Origin: Malacoraja senta
Taxonomy: Eukaryota
Direction: 5' to 3'
Length of the DNA: 64,000 bases
Assembly: GCA_038087875.1 (NCBI GenBank)
Contig: JAXLNO010002460.1
Location: 1-64,000, forward strand
The position numbers and the translations under genes are program-made. Numbering within the stretch: the first letter of the stretch is position 1; each line of letters opens with the position of its first letter. The notes below the pieces were generated by a model that saw only the letters and a list, made by a program, of their open reading frames with translations, did no database searches and was not told the origin of the DNA. This document shows, in pieces, positions 21,836 through 32,150 of the stretch.

Positions 21836-22110
21836 GGATATTTCGCTTGGGCAGTCTAAACCCCAGCGGTATCAGCATTGACTTCTCGAATTTTAGATAG
21901 CCCTTGTCTTCTCCCTCCTCCCCCTCCCCCTCCCCCTTCCCAGCTCTCCTTCTTGTCATACTGTTTCAGCCTCTTCCTTTCTTTCCCCCCCCCCATCAGT
22001 CTGAAGAAGGGTCTCGACCCGAAACGTCGCCAATTCCTTCTCTCCATAGATGCTGCCTCACCCGCATTCTCCAGCATTTTTTGTCTACCTTCGATTTTTC
22101 CAACATCTGT
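21836..22110 (+). mobile_element. Penelope-like element 3' fragment with hammerhead-like core
   Basis: IFRLGSLNPSGISIDFSNFR* is a typical Penelope ORF end, followed by a pyrimidine tract and CTGAAGAAGGGTCTCGACCCGAAACGTC (22001-22028). Confidence 0.75.
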
Positions 22111-24518
22111 ATTTCTTTCTTAAATAGATCTTGGAGAAGACTGATCCAGCAGGCAGCAGCACGAACGAGTGAACGACCGTGTGGTGCCTTCGGTTTCGCC
22201 CCGGTGGTGGAAATTTTCTTGTAAGTTATACTATGTTAACACGATAATAATAACATTGATATTAACGAGTTAACATTGAAAACGTCATTGCAATCACAGT
22301 ACAACTAGAGAAAATAGCACGGCCTTTTAGCAAAACGGCAAAAAAGGCTGATTTATCAAAAAAGGCATGAAAAGGCACATGGCATTTATGGCAAAATCCT
22401 GGCTCCACTGATGAGAAGCCAAGCTCGTTCACCCTGTCACCAGCACACTCCTGTCCCGAGGCTACAGCCACGTCTTCAGCACCGGACAGCTCCCAGCCTT
22501 GAAGCAAAGCGGAAGATTCTTGTGAACTCACCCCCTTATCTTGAACGTAGCGATGCTAATTCTCAGGAGACAGAACTCCAGCAAACAAGTCTACCTGACC
22601 AACTTCTGTAATTTTCGCAACAATGGAGGTGATGTATGCACCGGCCATTCTTGTGGGGAATCTACTATTCGAGTATCATGATCATTCCACCACTCACCGC
22701 TCCCATTTTACTGCCTTTATACTGACTACATTCTAATTCATACGGGCTTCCGTGGAAATATGTGCGTGCAGAAGCTGAATAAATGCTTATTTTGCACAGA
22801 AAAACCGCCATTCATTCTTGCTTCAGATTCAAGATACCTGGACCGTGGAATACCAAAGCCCACACTATACTGGCAAATAACGTGTTTGGCCTGAGGGGAC
22901 ACAAACTCGCGAAATGCGAGCACGTGTAAAAACATATATACAAGGAGGGTATTGTCATGTGTGTAACCATGATATATGATGGATAATTTATGCAGATATT
23001 CCCTTCCCAACTGACTCGGTAAATCTCCAATCACAGTTCAGGAAGCCCAATGTTCAGAGCAATAAAAAATATCAAATCGTACACCAGCTCCATTTTATCT
23101 CCAGTGTGTTGATAAAGCATTGGCCAAATTTCACAATGGAAGAAATCTAAACCCGAAGGCAGGAAGTGTGGCTGTCCTTTCCATGGGGTGTCTTGCTTCG
23201 GTACAAACTTTCAACTTTGGACCTGGCTACAATGTGATTTCAAGACCCATTGACCCAGGAACCAATATTTGGCCTCGCGAGTGTTGACGATTGAGGAAGG
23301 AGGGTTGTGAGAAAGAGGGAAGGAGAAGATCGTCCGTCTGAATCTCACTCTATCCCTCCTCCTTCGGTCCCCCATCCCTACGGACTTCCAACTCCTTCCT
23401 TGCCCACCTTTCCATCCCCTGGGCTGTGACTCACTCCTCAGCTTGTCTCCCCACTCTTCCTCCTTCCCATCGTCCCTTCCCCTCTCAATTCTTCCATCCA
23501 TCTCCCGTCAATTGCGCTGTCGCTTTCAACAGGGCAGAAGGCAGCAGGGATTCACCCGTTATTTAAAATGCAGAACGGAATTGATATATGCCGACAGCCG
23601 CCAGAAAGAAATACTCTCACCAGCTGCGGTGGTGGTGCACTGTCTACTTCGTGGGAGTAGAGAAAATCTAAACGGGAACAAGTCTTCGGCCCAAGAAAGC
23701 TGAAACAGGAACTGAAACCGAGAAGCAGTGCAGCGGAGGGACGATGATGAACTGATAACAAACCCAGCCCCGCCCACCCTGTCACATACCAGAGGCTGCA
23801 GCCTCGGCACAGGCGACCCCTAACAACGGATTCAATTTAACTTCTGTGCTGCACCGTCTGTGTTCTACATGCTACGTAAACTCTTTCCGTGTTTTTAATT
23901 ATTCAGTCCCCCTCCACTTTACATTGCAGCCTCTAAACTGCACAAATTGTTCTCCTGGCCATGACAGAGAGAGAAAGGGGATGTGTAACGTGAAGCTCAG
24001 GGAACATCATCTCACCTTCTGACTAAACTCGGTACCTAGCCTACATTGTAACCACTTCAAATAACCAGCCATTGCAGTTTGTGTCTGAATTGATCAATTC
24101 TGGTGAAAGGTAATTGCCCGCAATGTAACTTCAGGTTTAAAGTTCTTCACAGGTGCGGCCTGATCACCTGAATATTTCCAGCAATTGTTAAATTTACTTT
24201 ATTTATTATCGTTCCCAAACATTAAATGTCTTGTTATAATCTTATCATCACTGCCTTCCAATTACCCAGTCCCCATTCTTTCCAGTACCCCAGCAATGGA
24301 ACTTCCCGCCGTTCTTCCCTGATATCCCATGTCCAACGCTGCCGCGATGGAGCGCAGAGAGACGAATCTCCACCCTCCTCCCACCTGGCGTCAGAATGGG
24401 AAGAGCTCCCAAGATAACGAGACACACACGTAAATAATTCCTGCATTGATCATCTTTATTGGTAGTTTGACGTCGTTGCAGATGGTCAGTCTGATACTAA
24501 TGAAGAATTACAAACACT

Positions 24519-24524
24519 TTTATT
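24519..24524 (-). terminator. Polyadenylation signal of C2
   Basis: AATAAA on the minus strand ~255 nt after the stop, matching C1 and C3. Confidence 0.65.
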
Positions 24525-24778
24525 AATCAGATCCATGCCTGTGGCCTGAGAAAACAATTTTGATGAAGCTAAGTTACTGCCACTTTAACCGGTGTCGCCT
24601 AAAGGTGAAAGAAACAGAACAATCACTCGAGTACAAATAATCCAATAACACAATGGAAATCGGAGAACGCGGATCGGAAGCATGGAATACAGAGAACAGC
24701 GGGCGCACACAGTGGGAGGAAGATGAGATGAGTGATCTCCCGTTGATCAGGGAGCAAACACGCCCGGAGCCGCTCACT

Positions 24779-25101
24779 TTAACAGCTGGATTGTGTGAGA
24801 GTGGCGGATATTTTCGAGGCTGCTCCTTGTTGAACTGTGCAGGAGTACAACTTCCCACTGCTCCAGTCTGCGCCGCGCACAGTCAGGTAGCTGCTGAGAC
24901 TGAAGGTGTTGTCCGTGTCCCGCCTCACCGCGCTGGTTTGCACCTCACTGCTCGGCGGACTCCCGTCCACTGTCCAGCTGACGGCGGGGAAGCCCGCGGA
25001 TAGTTTACTGACCAGGCAAACTAAGGTGCCCGCTCCTTTAGCGGACATTTCCTCGTCTGACGGCCCCAGCAGTTTCACTGAAGGGTCTGGGAGCTGCGAA
25101 G
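24779..25101 (-). CDS. IgL: Ig light-chain constant exon C2 (intact)
   Basis: Acceptor ttgcag; ASQLPDPSVKLLGPS..TLVCLVSKL..VSWTVDG..FSLSSYLTV..LYSCTVQQ..LTQSSC*; C1-set Cys/Trp/Cys and terminal Cys. Confidence 0.97.
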
Positions 25102-26012
25102 CTGCAATGGGAACAAGAGAAGACATGTTTCAGGTGACGGAAGAGCTCGGTCATCTCAGCATTTGACAGAAGCGCGAGTGAGAGGTTGCAGCTTCCTCAA
25201 GTGGGGACGCGAGTCTCACTGCGGGACGTGGCCATGGAGGTCACCGCATGGATCAACACTGGGGAACTAGAGATGTGAGGCAAAGTTCCTGTTTTAGGGT
25301 CCTGCTGGTGACTCGCTGGTTCACAGCATCAGCCTCACCACCACTCCCGGGTTTACCCCGGCCTGTGCACATGAGCTGATTGCGGGAGAGTCCCACAGGG
25401 AGATATCACTTGGCCTCAGTGCCTCTGGTTAGTGAGGGAAGGGATCCATGATCCCATTACCGACCTCCAACCAGTGACCCCTCGCTCTGGGACCAACGAG
25501 TGCCGGTGGGGAATCTACTCCAATTGGTGAGGCTTTCCGGCACCGAGTCATGAACGGAGCCGAGACGCACACCGGGACCAGAAGCGACTTCGGGTCAGTT
25601 CAATGTGCCCACTGACTGAGCCACTAGCTACACGTTCCTCCTCTTCCCTTCGCCCCATCACTGATGTCCCCGCTGTGCCCCCCCCCCCCCCGCCCCCCAC
25701 TGCTGCCTGGAGAATAAACACATCTCAAACTCAGGATCGCCCCAGAGGGCGAGGTCAGCGGCTGCGCCATGTCGAGCTTCACGGAGCTGGACAGGGCAGG
25801 TCGCCCTGTGACCTGTGACGGTGCCGAGGGATTCGGGTCCCATTCACTGTGGGGGAGGGCAGGTGCGATTCTCCCCAGACCCGGAGCTCCGGCCTCAGTC
25901 GGTGCAGCGACGGCAATCGCTGAGCAAAGGAGCGGCGGTCAAGGGGAGAGATCGCAGGAGAGGAGGCAAGGACTGGGGAACTGGAGATGGGCTTTTATTG
26001 GGCGGGTGCCTG

Positions 26013-26072
26013 CAGGTGAGTTCGTAGTCACCGGGAGGATTGGAGTTTCCGTGAAATTCCGGGGGAGATTCC
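26013..26072. promoter_or_regulatory. Putative J-C intronic enhancer of cluster 2 (E-box plus three kB-like sites)
   Basis: CAGGTG at 26013; TGGAGTTTCC, GTGAAATTCC and GGGAGATTCC within 26041-26072. Confidence 0.55.
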
Positions 26073-26599
26073 GCTGTGGGATCCTCATACAATAGTGAAA
26101 CGTATAGTTCCACTGCTTCAACAACCCGGACTGTCTCCAGTCGCCAATGTCCTGTCCCCACTGTGACACCGGGCTCCACTTTAGGAAGCTGGGGGCCCTC
26201 ACGTTCACTTGTATCAAACCGGCACAAAAGCGGACAAACTAACTGGAGTAACACCGCGCAAACTCAGAGATGAAGTTAGTCTCAGAAACGCAATATTCAC
26301 AAGCACATGCAGAGACAGAGCAACCGCACCACAAAGAGAACTGATTAACCGAGAGTGCACCTTTTTGAAATATCAAACAAGCTTCACGAAATAGAGAATG
26401 TGGTCATTAAAATACAGTAACAATTCACTGAACACATCTATATTTATTTGAACTGGTGCTGGACACAGAACTCAAATGGATTGCAAAATAAAAATGTCTC
26501 GATAAAATTAGCCAGAAAATAATAAAGTTTAAAGTATTAGTTGCCAACTGACCGTATTCTCGCGGTTAGTAATTGCGGGATGATTTCCCAGACACTTAC

Positions 26600-26636
26600 C
26601 TGTAACAAAGAGCTTGGTCCCTGGGCCGAACACCCC
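26600..26636 (-). CDS. IgL: Ig light-chain J2 segment
   Basis: GVFGPGTKLFVT with FGxG motif; canonical donor G|GTAAGT. Confidence 0.97.
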
Positions 26637-26674
26637 CACAGTGTGTGGTTCCGGCTTCAGCCCTGACAGTTATC
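26637..26674 (-). other. J2 recombination signal: perfect heptamer, weak nonamer, 22-nt spacer
   Basis: CACAGTG 26637-26643; best nonamer ACAGTTATC 26666-26674 (5/9 to ACAAAAACC). Confidence 0.75.
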
Positions 26675-26992
26675 CCGGGCCCTGGAATCAGACATAAAAC
26701 ACGGTCAAACGCTCCAGTTTCCGCATGAAAGTCGACTTCACACATCCCGAGTGTCCCCGCCGGTGAGGGGCGGGAAGGGATGAACTCACAGCCGCATCGG
26801 CACGTTCAACATTAAACGGCAACGAATCCCAGCAGTGGGCGGCGGGACTCTGAAACTACAACAAAAAAAAAGAAATATTGAAATTGGAAAGTACTGTATA
26901 AAGGATAAAATTAAAGCGACTTTGTGAAGAATGAAAGATTAGAATGTTTTCATCGATTCAAAGATGTAAAGTGCATCATGTTTGTTGCCTCC

Positions 26993-27020
26993 AGTTTTTG
27001 TTTTACCTTCTCTCACTGTG
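26993..27020 (-). other. V2 12-bp-spacer RSS
   Basis: CACAGTG-agagaaggtaaa-ACAAAAACT on the minus strand. Confidence 0.97.
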
Positions 27021-27344
27021 TGTAAGTACTGCTCGCTGTAAACCACTTCATACAGTAATAGACGGCAGCGTCATTCAACTCCGCCTTGCTTATGATCAAC
27101 TGGTAAACGGTGGCGGCGCTGTTGGCTTTCGATGTGAAACGGTCGCTGCTAAACCCAGACCCATAGGTCGGGGTACTCTCTGTGTAATGATACCGGAGGA
27201 TCCATTGAGGAGTGGTTCCCGGTATCTGTTTGTACCAATAAGAATATCCGTTATCCTTTATTCCGACATTGCATTCCAGCGTGGCCGTGTCCCCTGGATT
27301 CACCGACACAGTCGCAGGTTGGGTTACGGTCTGACACTCTGCAG
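27021..27344 (-). CDS. IgL: Ig light-chain V2 exon (sigma-like), intact
   Basis: QTVTQPATVSVNPGDTATLECNVGIKDNGYSYWYKQIPG..YGSGFSSDRFTS..YQLIISKAELNDAAVYYCMKW; long CDR2 and YGSGFSS.RFTS typical of sigma-type V. Confidence 0.95.
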
Positions 27345-27448
27345 CTGTAAAGTAGAAGGAATTCAATTTTAAGCATTGACTCTTTAATGTGACCCCCAGA
27401 GCCCACATCACACCCGCTGACAATGCTGACTTGCAGCCCTGTACTTAC

Positions 27449-27494
27449 AGCTCAGCCACAGTGCCAGAGACCAGAAAAAGCACAGCGTTTGCAT
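27449..27494 (-). CDS. IgL: Leader exon of V2
   Basis: MQTLCFFWSLALWLS + T|GTAAGT; phase-1 intron; splices in frame to SAEC|QTVTQ. Confidence 0.93.
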
Positions 27495-27574
27495 CGTTAC
27501 TGCCCTCGGTTTCCTGCCTCACTCCAGCCGCTGTATCTGTGACAGACTGTGGACGCCGCTGCCGATGGAACCCA

Positions 27575-27616
27575 CTTATACACCCATTTACACAGGAAGC
27601 AAATGCGTGCAAATCA
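27575..27616 (-). promoter_or_regulatory. V2 promoter: decamer TGATTTGCAC and TATAAG
   Basis: One mismatch to the Ig light-chain decamer TNATTTGCAT at 27607-27616; TATAAG at 27580-27575. Confidence 0.75.
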
Positions 27617-28159
27617 GGGCGGGTCACACTGAGCGACCGGAGCGCGGATCTGAAACCCTCCCATTCGCCATCAGACACGGTCGGGTTGAGGCGGTGACAC
27701 GGTCAGCCACTGGCTGGTCTGTTAAACACAACCCGTGAATGAGCAGGTCGTTTGTTGCCTGATATTCCCCAAGTTCTCCCTCCATCCCCCTGAGTCAGTG
27801 GTTGCAACACTCCATCCCTCAGTCCAGAGATGCCTCTCACACCTCCAGTCACAACAGGGTGGAACAGTGGAGTCTTCCTGTTCCCACATCAATAATCCAG
27901 ACACAAGAGACTGCAGATGCTGGATTCTTGAACAAAAATGAAACTGCCGCTAGATCTCAGCGGGTCCGGCAGCGTCTCTAGAGGGAAACCCCTCTTGACC
28001 AGAAACGTTGTCTGTCTATTCGCTCCACAGTCGCTGAATTCCTTCAGGAGTCTATTTTGTTACTCAATAATTTAGACTGTTAAAACTCAGCCTTACTGAT
28101 GATATAGTGTATTCAATTCAATTTGAAGACACAACATTGGGTTGGTGGTAAGAGGAAGA

Positions 28160-29375
28160 GGATGGTTTTGAAGGATTGTTTCCCAAATGGGAGGTTTGTG
28201 ACTAGTGGTGCGGCACAGGGCTGGTACTGCTCCACTGCAGTTTGTCACATTAATTCATGATGGGGATTCTCCCTCCATTTCCCTGATTCAGTTGTTGCCG
28301 CACCTCATCTCTGTCCAGAGATGCTCCTTACACCTCCAGTCACAACAGTGTGCGACAGTACAGGCTTCAGACGCAAGAGATTGAAGATGCTGTCACATTA
28401 AATCATGATGGGGAGGAAAATAGGTGTCATTATTACTAAGTTTCCGGAAGGCATCAAAATTGGTGGAAAAGTGGGCAGTGAGGAATGCTCTCTAACCTTA
28501 CAACAGGATATTGATCAACTGGGAAAATGACAATGTAATGGTAAATGGAATTTACTCATACAAGTGCAAAGTGATGCAGTTTGAAGCATCAATCAGGCAA
28601 GGACATAATAATGACTGGCAGGACCCTGGGTAGTATTGCTGAAAGGAAACATAGGGGTAGATGTACATTGTTCCCCAAAGGTAACAACACCAGTTTACAA
28701 GATGGTGATGAAGGCATGTGGCATGCTGTTGCTTAAAAGATTTGGAAGGTCATGTCATGGTTGTACAAAATGTTAGTTAGACTGCACATGGAGTATTGCT
28801 GGGGCTCTATAAGGCACTGGTCATGTTGCATTTGGAGTACTGTGAGCAGATTTGGACTCCATATCTGAGCAAGGATGTGCTGGCATTGGAGAGTGTCCAG
28901 AGGAGGTTTACAAGAATAATTCCAGGAATGAGTGGGTTAGTGATATGATGAGCATTTGATAGCACTGGGCCTCTACTCGCTGGAGTTTAGAAGTTTGAGG
29001 GGTGACCTCATTGAAACTTACAGAATAATGAAAGGCATAGATAGAGTGGATGTGGAAAGGATGTTTCCACTGGTGGGAGAGTCTAGGTCCAGAGGTCGTA
29101 GCCTCAGAATTAAAAGGCTCTCTTTTAAAAAGGAGTTGAGGAGGAACTTCTTTATTCAGAGGATAGTTAATCTGTGGAACTCATTGCCATAGAGGGCTGT
29201 GGAAGCCAAGTTAGAGGATATTTTTAAGGCAGAGATAGACAAGTTCTTGATTAGAACAGGTATCAAGGGTTATGGGGAGAAGGCAGGAAAATGGGATTAG
29301 GTGGCAGAGATCAGCCATGATTGAAAGGCGGAGTAGATGATGGGCCAAATGGCCTAATTCTACTATAACATGTGA
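28160..29375 (+). mobile_element. Degraded CR1 LINE fragments (two generations)
   Basis: LGLYSLEFRSLRGDLIETYRIMKG..RSRGRSLRI..LWNSLP and a CR1 3' UTR. Confidence 0.85.
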
Positions 29376-29789
29376 ACTTGTATGCAGTTCCCATCGCTGT
29401 GCTGTGGGCAGAATGTAATTAAACCAGAGAGGAACCAAAGAAGATCTACAATGATGTAAGTTGGATTGGAGGGCTTGAGTTAAGAGAAAGATGTGGATAA
29501 GGTGGGACTTTTCCCTTAAATGAAAGAAACTCAGGGGTGACCTGATAGATGTTTATAGCATTATTTAAGATAGATAGTAGTCACAGGGACACCAATTCCT
29601 CCCTTTGTGGGAGAAAATCTACCATATGTACCTGGACTTTCTCTATCTCCAATCCCATCTGTGCCCTCTGCAGTGACCCAGCAACTCGCCAGTTGCCCTT
29701 GACCAACAATGGAAGGGCCTTGCCCATCACATTCTCCAGGCATCTCTGGATGGACAGCAATTGTCGGCTCTGCCAGTGACAGCCACATT

Positions 29790-30350
29790 CAAAAATGTGG
29801 AAATCAGAAGTTGACCAGAGTTTCTGTGTCTGAGGCAAAGCGTTGAGTAAATGTAGTACTGGAATCAGTCCCACTGAGTTTACACTAGTATTTGTCTTCC
29901 AGGACTCCCAGGAATTAAATAAGTTCATTGTGGGTAAGTAAGTCAATAGGTAATTGAATAGTGATGGTATTTTGTGTGTATCCCTGACTTGGTAATTGAG
30001 AGTGACTAATTTAAAAAAAATGGCAGGGAATCTCTGAACCATGTGAATGGACACCCAGTGAAAAAAGGAGACTTTGGATGCTTCCCAATTACTGGGGAAT
30101 CTCAGGTAGAGAATATGTTGGCAGCTGAAGCAGTTTGAGCACTGGATCTGAAGCTCGAGCAACAACAGTCCATCCCCAAGGCCGAATGTTTCATGTGCAA
30201 CAGGTTTCAGGGACTGGTCATCCTGCAGGTAAAGTGAGTGCAGGCAGCTGGGGAGCGGGAAACCATCAGAGAGACAAAGCAGCAGCAGATTGGTCAGGAC
30301 ATCCCTGATGGCATTCTGTTCTGTAACTGAATGATATTCAGGACTCTGAA
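29790..30350 (-). mobile_element. Old CR1-type 5'/ORF1 remnant, mirror copy of 48520-48900
   Basis: LELQIQCSNCFSC-like frame; gtcccactgagtttacac..ggaattaaataagtt matches the rc of 48845-48900. Confidence 0.55.
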
Positions 30351-30354
30351 TGGA

Positions 30355-32150
30355 GAATGCTGCCCTTGAGGATGGAGCCAAGACCCAGTGCTAGGATCTC
30401 CTGCCCAACGTCTCATGTCAAGGCAGACCCGTACCACACTGCCCGTACCCAAGCAACTACTGCAGCCACAAGTTCGCAAGCCATCGGTAATTCAAGCACA
30501 GCTTCAGCACAGGTGCGAGATCCAGAAACAATCTTACGACAAAACAAGCAGGCCACTCAAGCCTCTGGCGAGTGGTCAAGTTGTACGACTTCAGACTGAC
30601 AAGGGCCATGGTCGCCTCGGTTTAATCTGCAGCCCTGCACTAGAACCACATTCGTACATGACTAATTCGAATGGAGGGATCTACCGGCGAAACCGTCAGC
30701 ACCTTCTACCAGTGAGATCGACCAATTGACCAAATGGTGCCAGCACAATAACCTGGCTCTCAACACCAGCAAAACCAAGGAACTGATTGTGGACTTTGGA
30801 AGGGGTAGGATAGGGACCCACAATCCCGTATAAATGGGACGATGGTGGAAAGGATCAAGAACTTCAAATTCCTGGGCGTGCACATTTCCAAAGATCTTTC
30901 CTGGTCCCAGCACACTGATGCACATCAGCGCCTCTACTTCCTGAGAAGATTACGGAGAGTCGGTATGTCAAAGAGGACACTCTCGAACCTCTACAGGTGC
31001 ACAGTAGAGAGCATGCTGACTGGTTGCATCGTGGCTTGGATCGGTAACTTGAGCGTCAGGAGCGGAAAAGAATGCAGAAAGTTGTGACTACTGCCCAGTT
31101 CATCATCGGCTCTGACCTCCCCACCATCTAAGGGATCTATCGCAGTCGCTGCCTCATAAAGGCTGCCAACATCATCAAGGACCCACACCATCCTGGCAAT
31201 GCACTCATCTGTCTGCTACCATCGGGTAGAAGGTACAGGAGCCTGACATCTGGTACATCCAGGTTCAGGAACAGTTACTTCCCCACAGCCATCAGGCTAT
31301 TAAAATCGCCAACAAACAGACTCTGAACTGTAACAGCCTATTGCACTTTATCTGCTTATTTATGTGTATATGCGTGGTCTCTGCTATATAGACACACTGG
31401 ACTGTTCTGTATTTATGTTTACAATATTCTGTTGTGCTGCAGCAAGCAATAATTTCATTGTCCTATCTGGGACACATGACAATAAACTCTCTTGACGACT
31501 TGACTTGAAGGAACCACAACCCACGATCCCGTATCCAGATGTTCCAGGACTCTTTAACCGAATGACTGATACACTTTCTTCCACGGCCTGACGTCCGTTC
31601 ACGCAGTCTACCCCCATCAGGTATCCTGCCTTCTCGTCACCATGTTCGATTGCCCGGTCTCTAGCTCCACCTCACCCATCTCACAGATCTCCGGTGTTCC
31701 AACAACCCCCAGTCTCTCCATTTTCGCCGGTGAAGGATGGAGATGCGAGTTTATACCGTATGCGTGCGGGTCGTATTTGTAAACCTACCCTTAGATACGG
31801 GGTCTATGTTTAACCTGCTCCAGCACTGAAGTAACTGCCTATTTTATTTTACACACGCCAGTTAAACTTGATTAGTTGTACTTACATATATATTCGTAGT
31901 TACCTTATTTTCTTAAGAGGAAAGATGTAGATCTGCTTTACTTATATGTTAACCAATACTAACACACAAATGCTACACACCACTATTATCTATAATCCAG
32001 TCCAGATTTTTTATCATACTGGCACCATTCATACTAACGGCTCCTGACAGTCGTGATGCAGACACAGTGATGCCAACATGCTGTGTAACTTTATTATATG
32101 CCAATAAACTTGTTGGATCTTTACTTTGAGTATGTGTCAGTTGCTCTACA
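30355..32150 (+). mobile_element. Second Gypsy element: 3' remnant (integrase C-terminus, PPT and 225-bp LTR at 31926-32150)
   Basis: LGSPAQRLMSRQTRTTLP..GQVVRLQT..YRRNRQHL parallels pol 8250-8570; AGAGGAAAGA then TGTAG...CTACA. Confidence 0.85.
30716..31508 (+). mobile_element. Rex1/Babar-clade LINE 3' fragment nested in the Gypsy remnant
   Basis: KFLGVHISKDLSWSQH, QRLYFLRRLR, CTVESMLTGCIVAW; tail gacaataaa..(CTTGA)n. Confidence 0.85.

Larger units (their letters stand above)
20404..22407 (-). mobile_element. hAT DNA transposon (CGGBP1/hAT19-like), defective
   Basis: TIRs TAGAGCCAGGAT (20404-20415) and rc TGGAGCCAGGAT (22396-22407); 8-bp TSD CTGATGAG at 20396-20403 and 22408-22415; subterminal AAAAGGCA repeats. 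Confidence 0.92.
18400..23820 (+). repeat. Diverged tandem array of a ~1.3-1.7-kb non-coding unit downstream of C1
   Basis: Unit starts (gacga..aactgatgag/aactgataac..ccctgtcac) at ~18405, ~20070/22408 and ~23745; internal blocks repeat at 19370-19510 and 23140-23275. Confidence 0.8.

Noticed and set aside
26692-26700. Better nonamer ACATAAAAC (7/9) near the J heptamer
   Set aside because: Lies 48 nt from the heptamer, incompatible with 12 or 23 spacing, with no suitable heptamer at the right distance
24779-27494. Heavy-chain, IgNAR or TCR identity for the clusters
   Set aside because: No D segment in the 380-bp V-J interval, FGxG J, V with 12-RSS, and a single C exon ending in Cys-stop with polyA and no transmembrane exon all indicate an Ig light chain
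29581-30381. 266-aa ORF as a host gene
   Set aside because: Crosses several TE remnants and matches the mirrored CR1-type fragment at 48.5-48.9 kb, which is not open
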